NCBI GenBank assembly: GCA_000004985.1 | Contig: GG738851.1 | Length of the DNA: 64,000 bases | Strand: one strand, 5' to 3' | Source of the DNA: Naegleria gruberi | Lineage: Eukaryota | Shown here: positions 24,100 through 35,549 of the stretch, in pieces | Position numbering within the stretch: position 1 is the first letter of the stretch | Layout of the letters: each line of letters opens with the position of its first letter | The notes under the pieces: model-generated | Told to the model about the DNA's origin: nothing | Seen by the model: only the letters and a program-made list of their open reading frames with translations | The model's database searches: none | Translations under genes and position numbers: made by a program

Positions 24100-27000
24100 T
24101 TGAAGAATGTTTGGAAGAATCCAACCATGCTGGCTATCAACCAAGCAGAGCAACATGTTAAAGGCTTGGAAGAGATGATCGATCACGCTCCAGAGTTTCA
24201 AAAGGCTTCTCCAAGTGAATTACTCAAAACTGTAGGATATGAATTGTGGAATTTGTGTGTTGAGCAGAGTAAGAAAAAGTTGGGAAATTCAAAATATGAG
24301 AGTAGTATGAAATTTCAACTTGTGAGAGGTTTGTTACTTTTGATTATTAATGGGCTTATTCAATAATATGTTATGATAATGCTATTCGAATATTGAATAT
24401 GTGTATTATTCGGATGATGATGAAAAGTGAGAAGAGTTGCTTGCTATGTGATTGAAAAATCAATCAAGCCTTCACTTCAAACATTGAAAACTACTCATGA
24501 TATGATTAGACTCTACACAAAGACTGCTAGGGATTATATTGTATTGAGTAAATCCAATGATGTAAATATTAAGAATAGTCAAGTGGATGAGGAAGGAGAT
24601 GTTCAATTCGTAGATGCTAATAGTCAACAACAAGTGGGAAATACTCAACAGAATGAGCATGTAGATGATCAGTTTTCCCTTGATTGTTTCAATAGAGCAG
24701 CTAATCAAGCAGAATTATTCCTCAAGTTGTTAGGTCAGGAAGGAGATTCGAATGATCTTGACAAGTCGACCGAGACTGCCCTCAGTAATATTCTCACTCT
24801 GTACGTAGATCGTGCTGAAAGTCACTTTCAAATTGGAGATAGTGCTGCTGCCTATTCTAATATTCAAGCAGCCAAGCGTTTGGTAGAGAAGCTTCCTCAT
24901 GAAATTCAAAGAATTTCAATGATTGAGTACAATTATGCTGTAGATCTCAACTCTAAGGAGAGGTATGAAGATGCTATCAGATGGCTTAAGGATTCTTTCG
25001 AGCTCTATGAGTTGGATGAAAATAAGAACTTGCAAAAACAATCAAGAACCCTTCGATTACTCTCCAATGCCTACTTGGAATCTAAAATGTTTGACCAGGG
25101 ATTGAACTGTGTTCAAATTGCAAATAACATGTTCAAGACACCACAGGGAATATTTCTAGAGGTGAGATTGTTTGCCAAGTTGAATAGAGAAGAGGAGGTT
25201 GAGAGAACTATTCAAGAATTGCTAAGAAATCCAGAGACTCCTCTTAATCTATCTGTTTCAGCTTTAAAGGATATTGTAGAACAAGGATTGTAAGTATCTA
25301 CATTTTCACATTTCTCTAATTGCCAACAGTAACAAGGTGGCTTTCAAATGTTACAAAAAGTTACTGGAAGCTGCCAATGGCTCTGAACAGGAACCAAGAG
25401 TATTGGTCCGTTATTTTGACTTTCTTGCCAACCACTGTTCTGGAGATTTGAATCAAGATGACATGTTGAAAATTATAGACCGTATGATACATTTATCACA
25501 ATCTTCATCTTCCAATATTACAATTATTAAGGAAAGTTTGAAAGAGTTAGAATGTATATTGTGGAATATTGCATGGAAGCACTACCAAAAGAAGGAGTAT
25601 CCTCAAGCCATTGTATTCTATAACCATTCTTTGAAAATACTTCCTATGGATGAGATGATTGACAGGGCTAAGGTACTGCGGTCCATTGCCAGGTGCTACC
25701 TGGACGATAAACAGCTAACAGAAGCCTGTAAAGCTGCAGAGAATGCAGAACAATTGGATCCAAAATCTCTTCACAGTCACTATCTCATGTATCAAATTAG
25801 TATCAAGGAGAATAATATTTCCCATGCCAAAAACTATCTGAAGAAGATGATGCACGATGAAGAGTTCAAAAACTCCTTCCTTGCCATCTCTGCTCATGAT
25901 GCCTATAAGGAAAATATCTATGATGTTGCAATAGTAGCCCTCGAGGCCTTGATGGAAGAGGAGCAATCTTCAAATACAATGTCCCTTGAGATTAGTCAGA
26001 TATTAAGAACATTGACCTATTTGAGTACCTTGATCAAAGACAAACAAAAAGTGTTAAAGTATCTCCAATTGACCAAGGACTTTCTCAACAAGGAGAATGT
26101 GAGTTTCTTTCGTGAGGAAGATATGGAAGCAGAGATTGAATGGTTCCACAGAGTAGCATGGAATCATGGTGGTGAAAGTGTCAATGAGGCAGACTATGAA
26201 TCATCCTTCCAGTTCTACTCACTTGCCTCAGTATTCTACAATTACAGAACAGCCAACTTGGAAACCTTCTCCACTCAAAAGTATTGCTACCTCATGAAAA
26301 TTCACTGTGTCATTGAGGAGGTAAAGAGCTCTGAAGAATATGTCAATGGTGAGGAGCTTAGTTTGAAGAATAGGGAAAAGTTGCAATTGATGCTTGATGA
26401 AATCCAGAATTGCAAAAAGTTGTTAAGTAAGATTAGTGAGAAGGAATCTGGTGGATTGGAAAAGAAACCTGACAAGGTCTACACCTTGCTATATTTGGCT
26501 GAGCTTCAAATTCTGGTCATGTTAAAGTGTGACGAAGTTTTGATTATGGATGTTGTTAGTGTAAGTACCATCTCCTTTTGTGTGATTATTCTGATTGAAA
26601 ATAGTCAACTTCAAAATTGGATGGTATTATCGGTCCAAATATTTTCGAAGCTATGTCCTCAATTTGTCTAAGCAATGAAAAGCAAGTCTATTATCAATCT
26701 GCCAAGCATAGTTTGCAAACTGCCTTGAGAAAGGCAATGCACAACTCCTCACCTAATTATAACAAAGTTGGTAAGTAGCAATATTATAGAAAAATGAATT
26801 CAAACTTATTTCTGCTCTAGTCCACTTATTCACTAGTCTAATCCAAATATGCAGAACAAGAGAGGAGAGTATGTCCTTTTTCGAAGAATTGTTCAAGCTA
26901 TTGAATCAAATCAAGCCAAATGATCACTTTTTGAAAAGCGAACAAAAGCACTTTGTTTGGCTGTGTACCGAGTCGTGGAATAATGGTGTCTATTATTACA

Positions 27001-27208
27001 AGTAAGTACTACTTGGTTTCTGAATTATATTAAATATTAATATGAAAAACAAAGGTTATTGAAAAATGATAAATCTCAAGATTGGATGAAAATGTCAGTC
27101 AAACTCTGTTGTTATCTCGACTCTCAAGAAGAACTCTCAAAGACTATTACTGAAAGATATGGTTTAGCATTTGATAACTTTCAAACATCTTCATTTAGAA
27201 GAAATTAA
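24100..27208 (+). CDS. TPR-like helical-repeat protein, possibly SPO22/ZIP4/TEX11-like; exons 24100-24328, 24428-25289, 25330-26560, 26605-26770, 26821-27001 and 27055-27208
   Basis: Six exons join in frame, with donors gtttgt or gtaagt. The summed length is 2823 nt, which is 941 codons. The sequence is helical-repeat-rich, for example ILTLYVDRAESHFQIGDSAAAYSNIQAAKRLVEKL. The SPO22-like assignment is weak. Confidence 0.4.
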
Positions 27209-27240
27209 CAAACTGTAAATATTGAAGAGTGGGCTATATT

Positions 27241-28037
27241 TTAAACATTGGTAGCAATCAAATCTTGATGTCTAGTAGAGAATAATAAATGATATTCTGA
27301 ATCCTCTTTGAGTTTTTGTTCACGACGTACCTTTGAAAGTCGCCAAATAATGAATGCATCTGGAATGATTCCAACAAACACTCCAACCAATCCAAAGTAA
27401 GCAAAACTCAAACCAACATTAGATCCATGCAATCCAAATAAAATACACAAATAAATATGTACAATTAAAGCAAAGAAACTCCAAGTAAGATAGTGTGAGA
27501 ATTTCTGATTCTTCTTTGCCTTTCTTCTGATCATAAATATGAAGAATAAATAAACCTGATGATGATGATTATATTCCGAATTTTTCCATTAATTATTGTT
27601 GTTTGTGTTGATCAAAATAAAATCCATCATATTGCAGTGATGATCAATTCATGGAATGTAATTATTATTGTTTAATATAAATAAATAATTGTTGTTGTAG
27701 TACATACAATAGCAAGAGGTATTAAAATCAACAAATATAATAATTGTGTAACAAAGGCATCACTACTCTGCGATGCACAATAAGTCTCTGTATACAATGG
27801 CGAACACAACAACTCTGTCATTGACTTCATATGAGAACCGGTCCACAAGCACCAAATAAAAACCATCACTGAATCCAAAACAAATCGGAGTATGTAATAA
27901 TTTGATCCTCCACTTTGTGGTGTTTCCAACCACAACTTTTTAAAGATGCTCGACTTTTTGTTCATTGTATTATTGGTAGTCGACAGAGAGTTGAAATTTT
28001 CCAAGTCGACAGAGTTTCTTTGACTATTTTCTGCCAT
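27241..28037 (-). CDS. Small 4-TM membrane protein, about 214 aa; exons 28037-27708 and 27555-27241
   Basis: The donor after ...IPLAI is GTATGT. The acceptor catcag| comes before VYLFFIFMIRRKAKK. There are four hydrophobic helices. The total is 645 nt, which is 215 codons. Confidence 0.4.
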
Positions 28038-28455
28038 TTTTGTTGTTGCAATTTTTTTTAAAATTAATTTTTTAATTTTATTATTGCAAATTGGAAGCCA
28101 AGTCGAATCTTACTGCTTTCCTCCAGCTAAATTGAGGAGAAGCAACAACCATCACTCTTCCATATACTTCAACCTTATTTTCGAACACAAAATACTAAAA
28201 AAAATTAACTCATGAACAACTGTTTGGAACCAGGTGCTTAGAGGAATATTTTAAAAAGTGAAACTGTGGAGGAAAGAGTGAATTAGCAGTTTTAATTTGG
28301 GTTGCATGCAAAGGAATGGAGTGGATTATTTGGGAAGTTTTGAGGAGATAATCATCCGCAAACTCCTGTGGTGTCAAGAATCAGATCAATTTTTGAAATG
28401 AGAAAAGTATTTCTTCGGAACTTTAAAAAAAATAAGAAGAAACTATTTTCGTATT

Positions 28456-30204
28456 GTGGGAAGAATCAGCATGATTTTCTCATCGTCATTACTGCAAGGA
28501 AAAATCTTGATTTTTTCATTGATTTTCATAATACAATTATTCGAAAGTGTTTCTTTTGTATTCGGCAAGGTTTCGGATAACATTGAAATTATTGATGATG
28601 GATATACAAGTTTGTATCCACCTGTGGATTTATCTAGTGATATAATTTCGTTTATATGTGCAATACTGTCAGCTGCCATGTCCATTCTAGTCTTTGTCAT
28701 GATTTTAAAAAAACATTCCTCGATCTTTGGTTATTGGAAACGAGCCGAAAGTGAGAAATTAGATAAGAAAGAAAGAGAAAGACAAGTAATTGCCAAGGAA
28801 AAGAGACATCTCATGAGAAGAGTCTTACTTTCTCTCTTAGTTTCGGATATAGTTTGTTCCTTTAGTAGAATTTCGTATATTTTGTTTTGGTGGTTGTGTA
28901 CATTAATTACTCCAGAAACAATGTATTTGAAATCACTAATCCCAATCAATGCAAATCAAACAACTTCAATATTCCATGATTCGTTTGACCTTTCCAATAT
29001 CTATTCGAATCTACAAAATTCCACAACTCTCAAATATAAGGCCAATTACAATCTGAAACCAGTTCCACTCACCATCCAAAAATTCCTTGCAGATCTCTAC
29101 TATTCCTTCTCAATTTCAACAGCTGCCTGGTGTGTAATCATTGCCTACGTTGTCTATTCGATTACAAGTCATTCGAAATGGATTGAGGAAGATTTTAATT
29201 TGATTCGTGAACAGTTACAAACAGATTCTCATACCATTACACGAAATACAGCTCAATTATTTTATGGAAATAATGCGAGTGCTGACAGTGATGAAGAAAT
29301 TGTTCCAAAATTTAAGCCAATTGGAGATTTGATGGAAAGTAGTGGAAATTCAGAAATTGATTCATTTTCGTTTAATACAATGCCAAATCATGATGGAAAT
29401 ATTGAAAATCAATCGTTAATTTATGAAATTCCAATCAAGAGCTCGAAAAGTGCTGATGAAATTTTGTACTTTTCTGCCAAGAGAAGAATTCTTTCGAGGA
29501 GAAATGTTTATGAATTAATGTTTCATTTGATTGCTTGGGGATTTTCGATATTTACATTCCTTTTTGTGTTTATTTTCAGGACTATTAATATTCATGCCAA
29601 AGATTTGGTTAGTGACAAGTTTGAAAATTGGTTCTTGTTCTCGGTTTATATTTCATGGGCTCTTTACTTTTCTGCAATGGTTTTTGTCAATATTTTGATA
29701 TTATTCTTGATTTGGAATTATTTGAGAAGATTTTACAGAACTGAGCACATTATGACATTACCAAAGAAGGAAACCAAGAAACAGCAACGTTCCATGTTGG
29801 TCAACCTATCACTCTTAATGCTTCCTTATGCATTTTGTGGATTATTTGAGTTGTCTTTCTGGTATTATAATGCAATTCAAATTGCAACTGAAGAAGAGGA
29901 AGCATACTATTACACTGTAATATTTTACAATTTCTTCTTTAATGTAATAGTGCCGTTGAAGGGATTTTTCATTGCACTCATCTTATTATTGAGCTCGACT
30001 GCCATTAGAAAGAAGGTCAAATCAATTGTGTTATGTCAATTGTGTTTCAGAGCTTCTACGAGTACCTCTCAATCCAAGAGATTTAACACAACATTTATTG
30101 AAAGCTTGTTAATTCCAGAAGACACCCCAGCGGATGAAACAAATCACTTGGAAGATGTTAATAATAATCCTTCTTCTGGAATATTGGAAATTGAACAAGA
30201 TTAG
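28456..30204 (+). CDS. Polytopic membrane protein with a signal peptide; 7TM-like and a possible GPCR-like receptor
   Basis: A single 582-aa ORF. It has an N-terminal signal-like helix and at least 7 further hydrophobic helices. The C-terminal tail is acidic and hydrophilic. Confidence 0.4.
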   Translation: MGRISMIFSSSLLQGKILIFSLIFIIQLFESVSFVFGKVSDNIEIIDDGYTSLYPPVDLSSDIISFICAILSAAMSILVFVMILKKHSSIFGYWKRAESEKLDKKERERQVIAKEKRHLMRRVLLSLLVSDIVCSFSRISYILFWWLCTLITPETMYLKSLIPINANQTTSIFHDSFDLSNIYSNLQNSTTLKYKANYNLKPVPLTIQKFLADLYYSFSISTAAWCVIIAYVVYSITSHSKWIEEDFNLIREQLQTDSHTITRNTAQLFYGNNASADSDEEIVPKFKPIGDLMESSGNSEIDSFSFNTMPNHDGNIENQSLIYEIPIKSSKSADEILYFSAKRRILSRRNVYELMFHLIAWGFSIFTFLFVFIFRTINIHAKDLVSDKFENWFLFSVYISWALYFSAMVFVNILILFLIWNYLRRFYRTEHIMTLPKKETKKQQRSMLVNLSLLMLPYAFCGLFELSFWYYNAIQIATEEEEAYYYTVIFYNFFFNVIVPLKGFFIALILLLSSTAIRKKVKSIVLCQLCFRASTSTSQSKRFNTTFIESLLIPEDTPADETNHLEDVNNNPSSGILEIEQD

Positions 30205-30363
30205 AATTCAACTATGAGATTTGAATATCATTTTTGAACATTAATTTCTTAGAATAGTATTATTGGAATATATTTTTAGAAAATTGGCCATTTCACGACT
30301 CTTTATTTACAAAATTGTTACAAAATTGAGCCAATTCTCATCAAGAGATTCACATCATCAAAA

Positions 30364-31597
30364 TTATTCCTTCTTCTTATGTTCCTTCTTCTTTTCTGGA
30401 ACATACTTGTCAATCTTAATTGGAGAACAAACGGTTGTCTTCTTATCACAAACAGTTCTTTCACCATACTTGACACATTTCTTGGTACCACCAACAAATT
30501 GATACTTGGCACAGACCTTATAACCTGGTGACTTTTTAACACACTTCTTCCAGTGCTTCTTCTTAATACATCTACTCTTTACGTGCTTATATTGAGTACA
30601 ATAGTTGACTGCCTTATATTCAGCACAGAATTTACGTTCCTTATACTTTTCACAAACTCTGACCTTCTTTCTAGCATCACAGAATTGATTTGGAACCCAT
30701 TGAGTACAGAAACGAGCCTTCTTTTGAGCAGCACAGAACTTTCTATCAATGAATTTAACACACTTTTTAGTGTAACCCTTCTTGAGACTGAATTTGACCT
30801 TATTGTATCTGATACACTTCTTGGTCTTGGTATATTTGGCACAAATCTTGTGACATTTTTGTTTACAGAAAGCATGATAATAAGTATCAGTCCATCCCTT
30901 GTAATGTTTTCCTGCAACTTTCTTCCATCCCTTTTGACATTTACAGACTTGCTTGTAAGCGGCACAGTAAGCATCGAGTTTATATTCAGCACATCTCTTC
31001 TTGTAATGATAGCCAACCTTTGGAACCTTGATATACTTGGCACAGACATGTGACTTGTCATATTTGGTACAGACAAAGTTATAGGCATATTGTTTACAGG
31101 AATTATTCTTTCCCTTATGAATACAAGCATCTTTCCAAGCACTCTTAACACAATACTTTTCAGTTTTATGTTTAGCACAAACTTGCTTATAACCTTTGAA
31201 AAATGTTACAAAAATTTTGTAAAATTTCAAACTCTAACTTACCATGACCCAAACACAACTTTCTATCCTTGGAATATTTATCACACTTGCTGAATTTCTT
31301 ATATTTCAAACATTTTCCTTTACCAACCAACTTCCAATCACAACATTCCTTCTTGGTACCAACCCATTCATAATCAGAACACTTTCCCTTGACAGTCTTG
31401 TAGTGAGTACACTTTTGGAAGCAATACTTTTGATGATCAGCATAACTGTCAACTTGTTGAGGTTTGGATTCACCTGCAGTGACTGCTGCAATGAGCATGA
31501 AGAGCAATGCGCTTGCAATTAGAACAGATTTGAAACTATTCATTTTTTTTCTTATTGTTTCTTCATAATGGGAATTGGTTTGAGATTTAAATATCAC
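30364..31597 (-). CDS. Secreted, highly basic Lys/Cys/Tyr-rich repetitive protein; exons 31597-31243 and 31193-30364
   Basis: A signal peptide reads MNSFKSVLIASALLFMLIAAVTAG. The donor g|gtaagt is in phase 1 and the acceptor is caaag|. More than 20 degenerate repeats of the C-x-KY-K...KKC type occur, for example CAKYTKTKKCIRYNKVKF, CEKYKERKFCAEYKAVNYCTQYKHVK and CVKYGERTVCDKK. Confidence 0.55.
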
Positions 31598-31685
31598 TCT
31601 TGCAACTTTCCTTAAATAAAGTTTGTTCCATAAATGGAAAGAAAAGAAACAAATATTTAAAAATGTTACAAAATAAATTCAGTAT

Positions 31686-32226
31686 TTATTCATTAGATGA
31701 GGAGAACCTATTTAAGGCCTTCTCAAAATGATCTGCGCTGAGGGTTCTATCCTCCAATTGAACTGCACAAATAGTAAACCTTTCCATTGGTTCTTGACTT
31801 TGTAAAGTTTCTTTCACTACGAAAAATTTACCATCATTACTGCTTTCGTCAAGGTAATAGTAGTGATTCTTGAAAATAGACAAGTGAATCATGTCTAGAA
31901 CATGAGGACATTCCTCTGTATCGAATTGTACAAGCTTGTCATAAATCAATTGAGCATTTTCCAAAGTGTCACAGCAAAAGAAAAATGCATCTGTTGCGCA
32001 TTGACTTGGTGCAAAAGTACAAAGCTTTTCCAATAGTTGACTATCATCCTTGGTCAAATATTTAGCCATTTCATTGTAAAGTACATTGAGTAATTCATGT
32101 TCTGCCACTTCAATCATTCTGTGAGTTGAAAATCCAAAATTCAATTTTCCAAAAACAGGATGCCTAACAGTATAGTGAAATTGATGTAACAAGTCGTAGG
32201 TGGTTTCTTTAAGAAGATAATCTCTC
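31686..32226 (-). CDS. 3' terminal part of a gene of unknown function; its 5' part is lost in the N gap
   Basis: The reading frame is open from the gap edge to a stop at 31686. The C-terminal segment reads ...ICAVQLEDRTLSADHFEKALNRFSSSNE. Confidence 0.3.
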
Positions 32227-34712
32227 NNNNNNNNNNNNNNNNNNNNNNNNNNNNNNNNNNNNNNNNNNNNNNNNNNNNNNNNNNNNNNNNNNNNNNNNNN
32301 NNNNNNNNNNNNNNNNNNNNNNNNNNNNNNNNNNNNNNNNNNNNNNNNNNNNNNNNNNNNNNNNNNNNNNNNNNNNNNNNNNNNNNNNNNNNNNNNNNNN
32401 NNNNNNNNNNNNNNNNNNNNNNNNNNNNNNNNNNNNNNNNNNNNNNNNNNNNNNNNNNNNNNNNNNNNNNNNNNNNNNNNNNNNNNNNNNNNNNNNNNNN
32501 NNNNNNNNNNNNNNNNNNNNNNNNNNNNNNNNNNNNNNNNNNNNNNNNNNNNNNNNNNNNNNNNNNNNNNNNNNNNNNNNNNNNNNNNNNNNNNNNNNNN
32601 NNNNNNNNNNNNNNNNNNNNNNNNNNNNNNNNNNNNNNNNNNNNNNNNNNNNNNNNNNNNNNNNNNNNNNNNNNNNNNNNNNNNNNNNNNNNNNNNNNNN
32701 NNNNNNNNNNNNNNNNNNNNNNNNNNNNNNNNNNNNNNNNNNNNNNNNNNNNNNNNNNNNNNNNNNNNNNNNNNNNNNNNNNNNNNNNNNNNNNNNNNNN
32801 NNNNNNNNNNNNNNNNNNNNNNNNNNNNNNNNNNNNNNNNNNNNNNNNNNNNNNNNNNNNNNNNNNNNNNNNNNNNNNNNNNNNNNNNNNNNNNNNNNNN
32901 NNNNNNNNNNNNNNNNNNNNNNNNNNNNNNNNNNNNNNNNNNNNNNNNNNNNNNNNNNNNNNNNNNNNNNNNNNNNNNNNNNNNNNNNNNNNNNNNNNNN
33001 NNNNNNNNNNNNNNNNNNNNNNNNNNNNNNNNNNNNNNNNNNNNNNNNNNNNNNNNNNNNNNNNNNNNNNNNNNNNNNNNNNNNNNNNNNNNNNNNNNNN
33101 NNNNNNNNNNNNNNNNNNNNNNNNNNNNNNNNNNNNNNNNNNNNNNNNNNNNNNNNNNNNNNNNNNNNNNNNNNNNNNNNNNNNNNNNNNNNNNNNNNNN
33201 NNNNNNNNNNNNNNNNNNNNNNNNNNNNNNNNNNNNNNNNNNNNNNNNNNNNNNNNNNNNNNNNNNNNNNNNNNNNNNNNNNNNNNNNNNNNNNNNNNNN
33301 NNNNNNNNNNNNNNNNNNNNNNNNNNNNNNNNNNNNNNNNNNNNNNNNNNNNNNNNNNNNNNNNNNNNNNNNNNNNNNNNNNNNNNNNNNNNNNNNNNNN
33401 NNNNNNNNNNNNNNNNNNNNNNNNNNNNNNNNNNNNNNNNNNNNNNNNNNNNNNNNNNNNNNNNNNNNNNNNNNNNNNNNNNNNNNNNNNNNNNNNNNNN
33501 NNNNNNNNNNNNNNNNNNNNNNNNNNNNNNNNNNNNNNNNNNNNNNNNNNNNNNNNNNNNNNNNNNNNNNNNNNNNNNNNNNNNNNNNNNNNNNNNNNNN
33601 NNNNNNNNNNNNNNNNNNNNNNNNNNNNNNNNNNNNNNNNNNNNNNNNNNNNNNNNNNNNNNNNNNNNNNNNNNNNNNNNNNNNNNNNNNNNNNNNNNNN
33701 NNNNNNNNNNNNNNNNNNNNNNNNNNNNNNNNNNNNNNNNNNNNNNNNNNNNNNNNNNNNNNNNNNNNNNNNNNNNNNNNNNNNNNNNNNNNNNNNNNNN
33801 NNNNNNNNNNNNNNNNNNNNNNNNNNNNNNNNNNNNNNNNNNNNNNNNNNNNNNNNNNNNNNNNNNNNNNNNNNNNNNNNNNNNNNNNNNNNNNNNNNNN
33901 NNNNNNNNNNNNNNNNNNNNNNNNNNNNNNNNNNNNNNNNNNNNNNNNNNNNNNNNNNNNNNNNNNNNNNNNNNNNNNNNNNNNNNNNNNNNNNNNNNNN
34001 NNNNNNNNNNNNNNNNNNNNNNNNNNNNNNNNNNNNNNNNNNNNNNNNNNNNNNNNNNNNNNNNNNNNNNNNNNNNNNNNNNNNNNNNNNNNNNNNNNNN
34101 NNNNNNNNNNNNNNNNNNNNNNNNNNNNNNNNNNNNNNNNNNNNNNNNNNNNNNNNNNNNNNNNNNNNNNNNNNNNNNNNNNNNNNNNNNNNNNNNNNNN
34201 NNNNNNNNNNNNNNNNNNNNNNNNNNNNNNNNNNNNNNNNNNNNNNNNNNNNNNNNNNNNNNNNNNNNNNNNNNNNNNNNNNNNNNNNNNNNNNNNNNNN
34301 NNNNNNNNNNNNNNNNNNNNNNNNNNNNNNNNNNNNNNNNNNNNNNNNNNNNNNNNNNNNNNNNNNNNNNNNNNNNNNNNNNNNNNNNNNNNNNNNNNNN
34401 NNNNNNNNNNNNNNNNNNNNNNNNNNNNNNNNNNNNNNNNNNNNNNNNNNNNNNNNNNNNNNNNNNNNNNNNNNNNNNNNNNNNNNNNNNNNNNNNNNNN
34501 NNNNNNNNNNNNNNNNNNNNNNNNNNNNNNNNNNNNNNNNNNNNNNNNNNNNNNNNNNNNNNNNNNNNNNNNNNNNNNNNNNNNNNNNNNNNNNNNNNNN
34601 NNNNNNNNNNNNNNNNNNNNNNNNNNNNNNNNNNNNNNNNNNNNNNNNNNNNNNNNNNNNNNNNNNNNNNNNNNNNNNNNNNNNNNNNNNNNNNNNNNNN
34701 NNNNNNNNNNNN
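32227..34712. other. Assembly gap (run of N)
   Basis: A continuous run of n from 32227 to 34712. Confidence 0.95.
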
Positions 34713-35549
34713 ATTATTGAGGAAGCTGTCAAGTGCCATACACAATATGATGACACAGAAAATACTACCCTCTACAATTATAATGCTATTTACAGCCATT
34801 GGGAACAGGTTTGTAAAAGACCTTGTAGAACATTTGACAGTGTCTATCTCAACGAGAAAGTCAAGTCTCTTTTCCTTCAAGACTTGGAAAGATTTCTCTC
34901 CAACAAGAAGTTTTATATGGAAAATCAATTGAGCTACAAGAGAGGATATTGTCTTTATGGAAAACCAGGTTCTGGTAAGACATCTTTGGTTCTGGCTACA
35001 GCTGCACACATCAAGTGTCCAGTTTATATTTTGAATCTCAATCAATCAGAAATGAACGATACAGCATTAATAGATGCCTTTTCTTCAATACCCTCTCGAA
35101 GTATCATTACTTTGGAAGATGTAGATTCTGCATTTAATGAAAATAGAAAAGCAACAGGAGAAGTACGTAATGGACTTTCATTTTCAGGACTTCTCAATGC
35201 CTTGGATGGTGTTTGTTCTTATTCTGAAACTCCAAAGCTTGTTTTCATGACTACTAATCACATTGAACGATTAGATGCTGCCCTAATTCGTCCTGGAAGA
35301 GTTGACTATAAGGTAAAATTTGACAATGCCACACCAGATCAAATTCAACAAATCTCTTTCAAGTTTTTCAAAAATCAAGAATTGGCTCAATCTCTCAGTA
35401 AGGAGGTGGATTTACAAAAGCTCACCATTTCTGAAATTCAAACTTTCCTAATGAGATTTATCAATACAGAGACTCATTCAACAATTCTTAAACAAGTGTC
35501 AAGCTATGTTTTGGAAATTGAATCCCTCAAAAAGGAGCAAAATGGTTGA
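34713..35549 (+). CDS. BCS1-like mitochondrial AAA ATPase; the C-terminal part is present and the 5' end is lost in the gap
   Basis: The frame is open from the gap edge. It contains RGYCLYGKPGSGKTS (Walker A), LSFSGLLNALDG and TTNHIERLDAALIRPGRVDYKVKF. These are typical of BCS1. Confidence 0.65.
   Translation: MIEEAVKCHTQYDDTENTTLYNYNAIYSHWEQVCKRPCRTFDSVYLNEKVKSLFLQDLERFLSNKKFYMENQLSYKRGYCLYGKPGSGKTSLVLATAAHIKCPVYILNLNQSEMNDTALIDAFSSIPSRSIITLEDVDSAFNENRKATGEVRNGLSFSGLLNALDGVCSYSETPKLVFMTTNHIERLDAALIRPGRVDYKVKFDNATPDQIQQISFKFFKNQELAQSLSKEVDLQKLTISEIQTFLMRFINTETHSTILKQVSSYVLEIESLKKEQNG

Noticed and set aside
30553-31178. Antisense ORFs 30553-31053 (plus) and 30579-31178 (minus, other frame) across the K/C-rich gene
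   Set aside because: They are an artefact of the codon-level repeat in the real gene. The real frame has a signal peptide, a consistent splice and the Cys periodicity.
31686-35045. Very long ORF-track entries full of X (31686-35045, 32141-34756, 59049-62306, 59059-62340 and 59092-62325)
   Set aside because: They are translations across runs of N, which are assembly gaps. Only the flanking real sequence was interpreted: the partial 3' gene end at 31686-32226 and the partial BCS1-like gene at 34713-35549.
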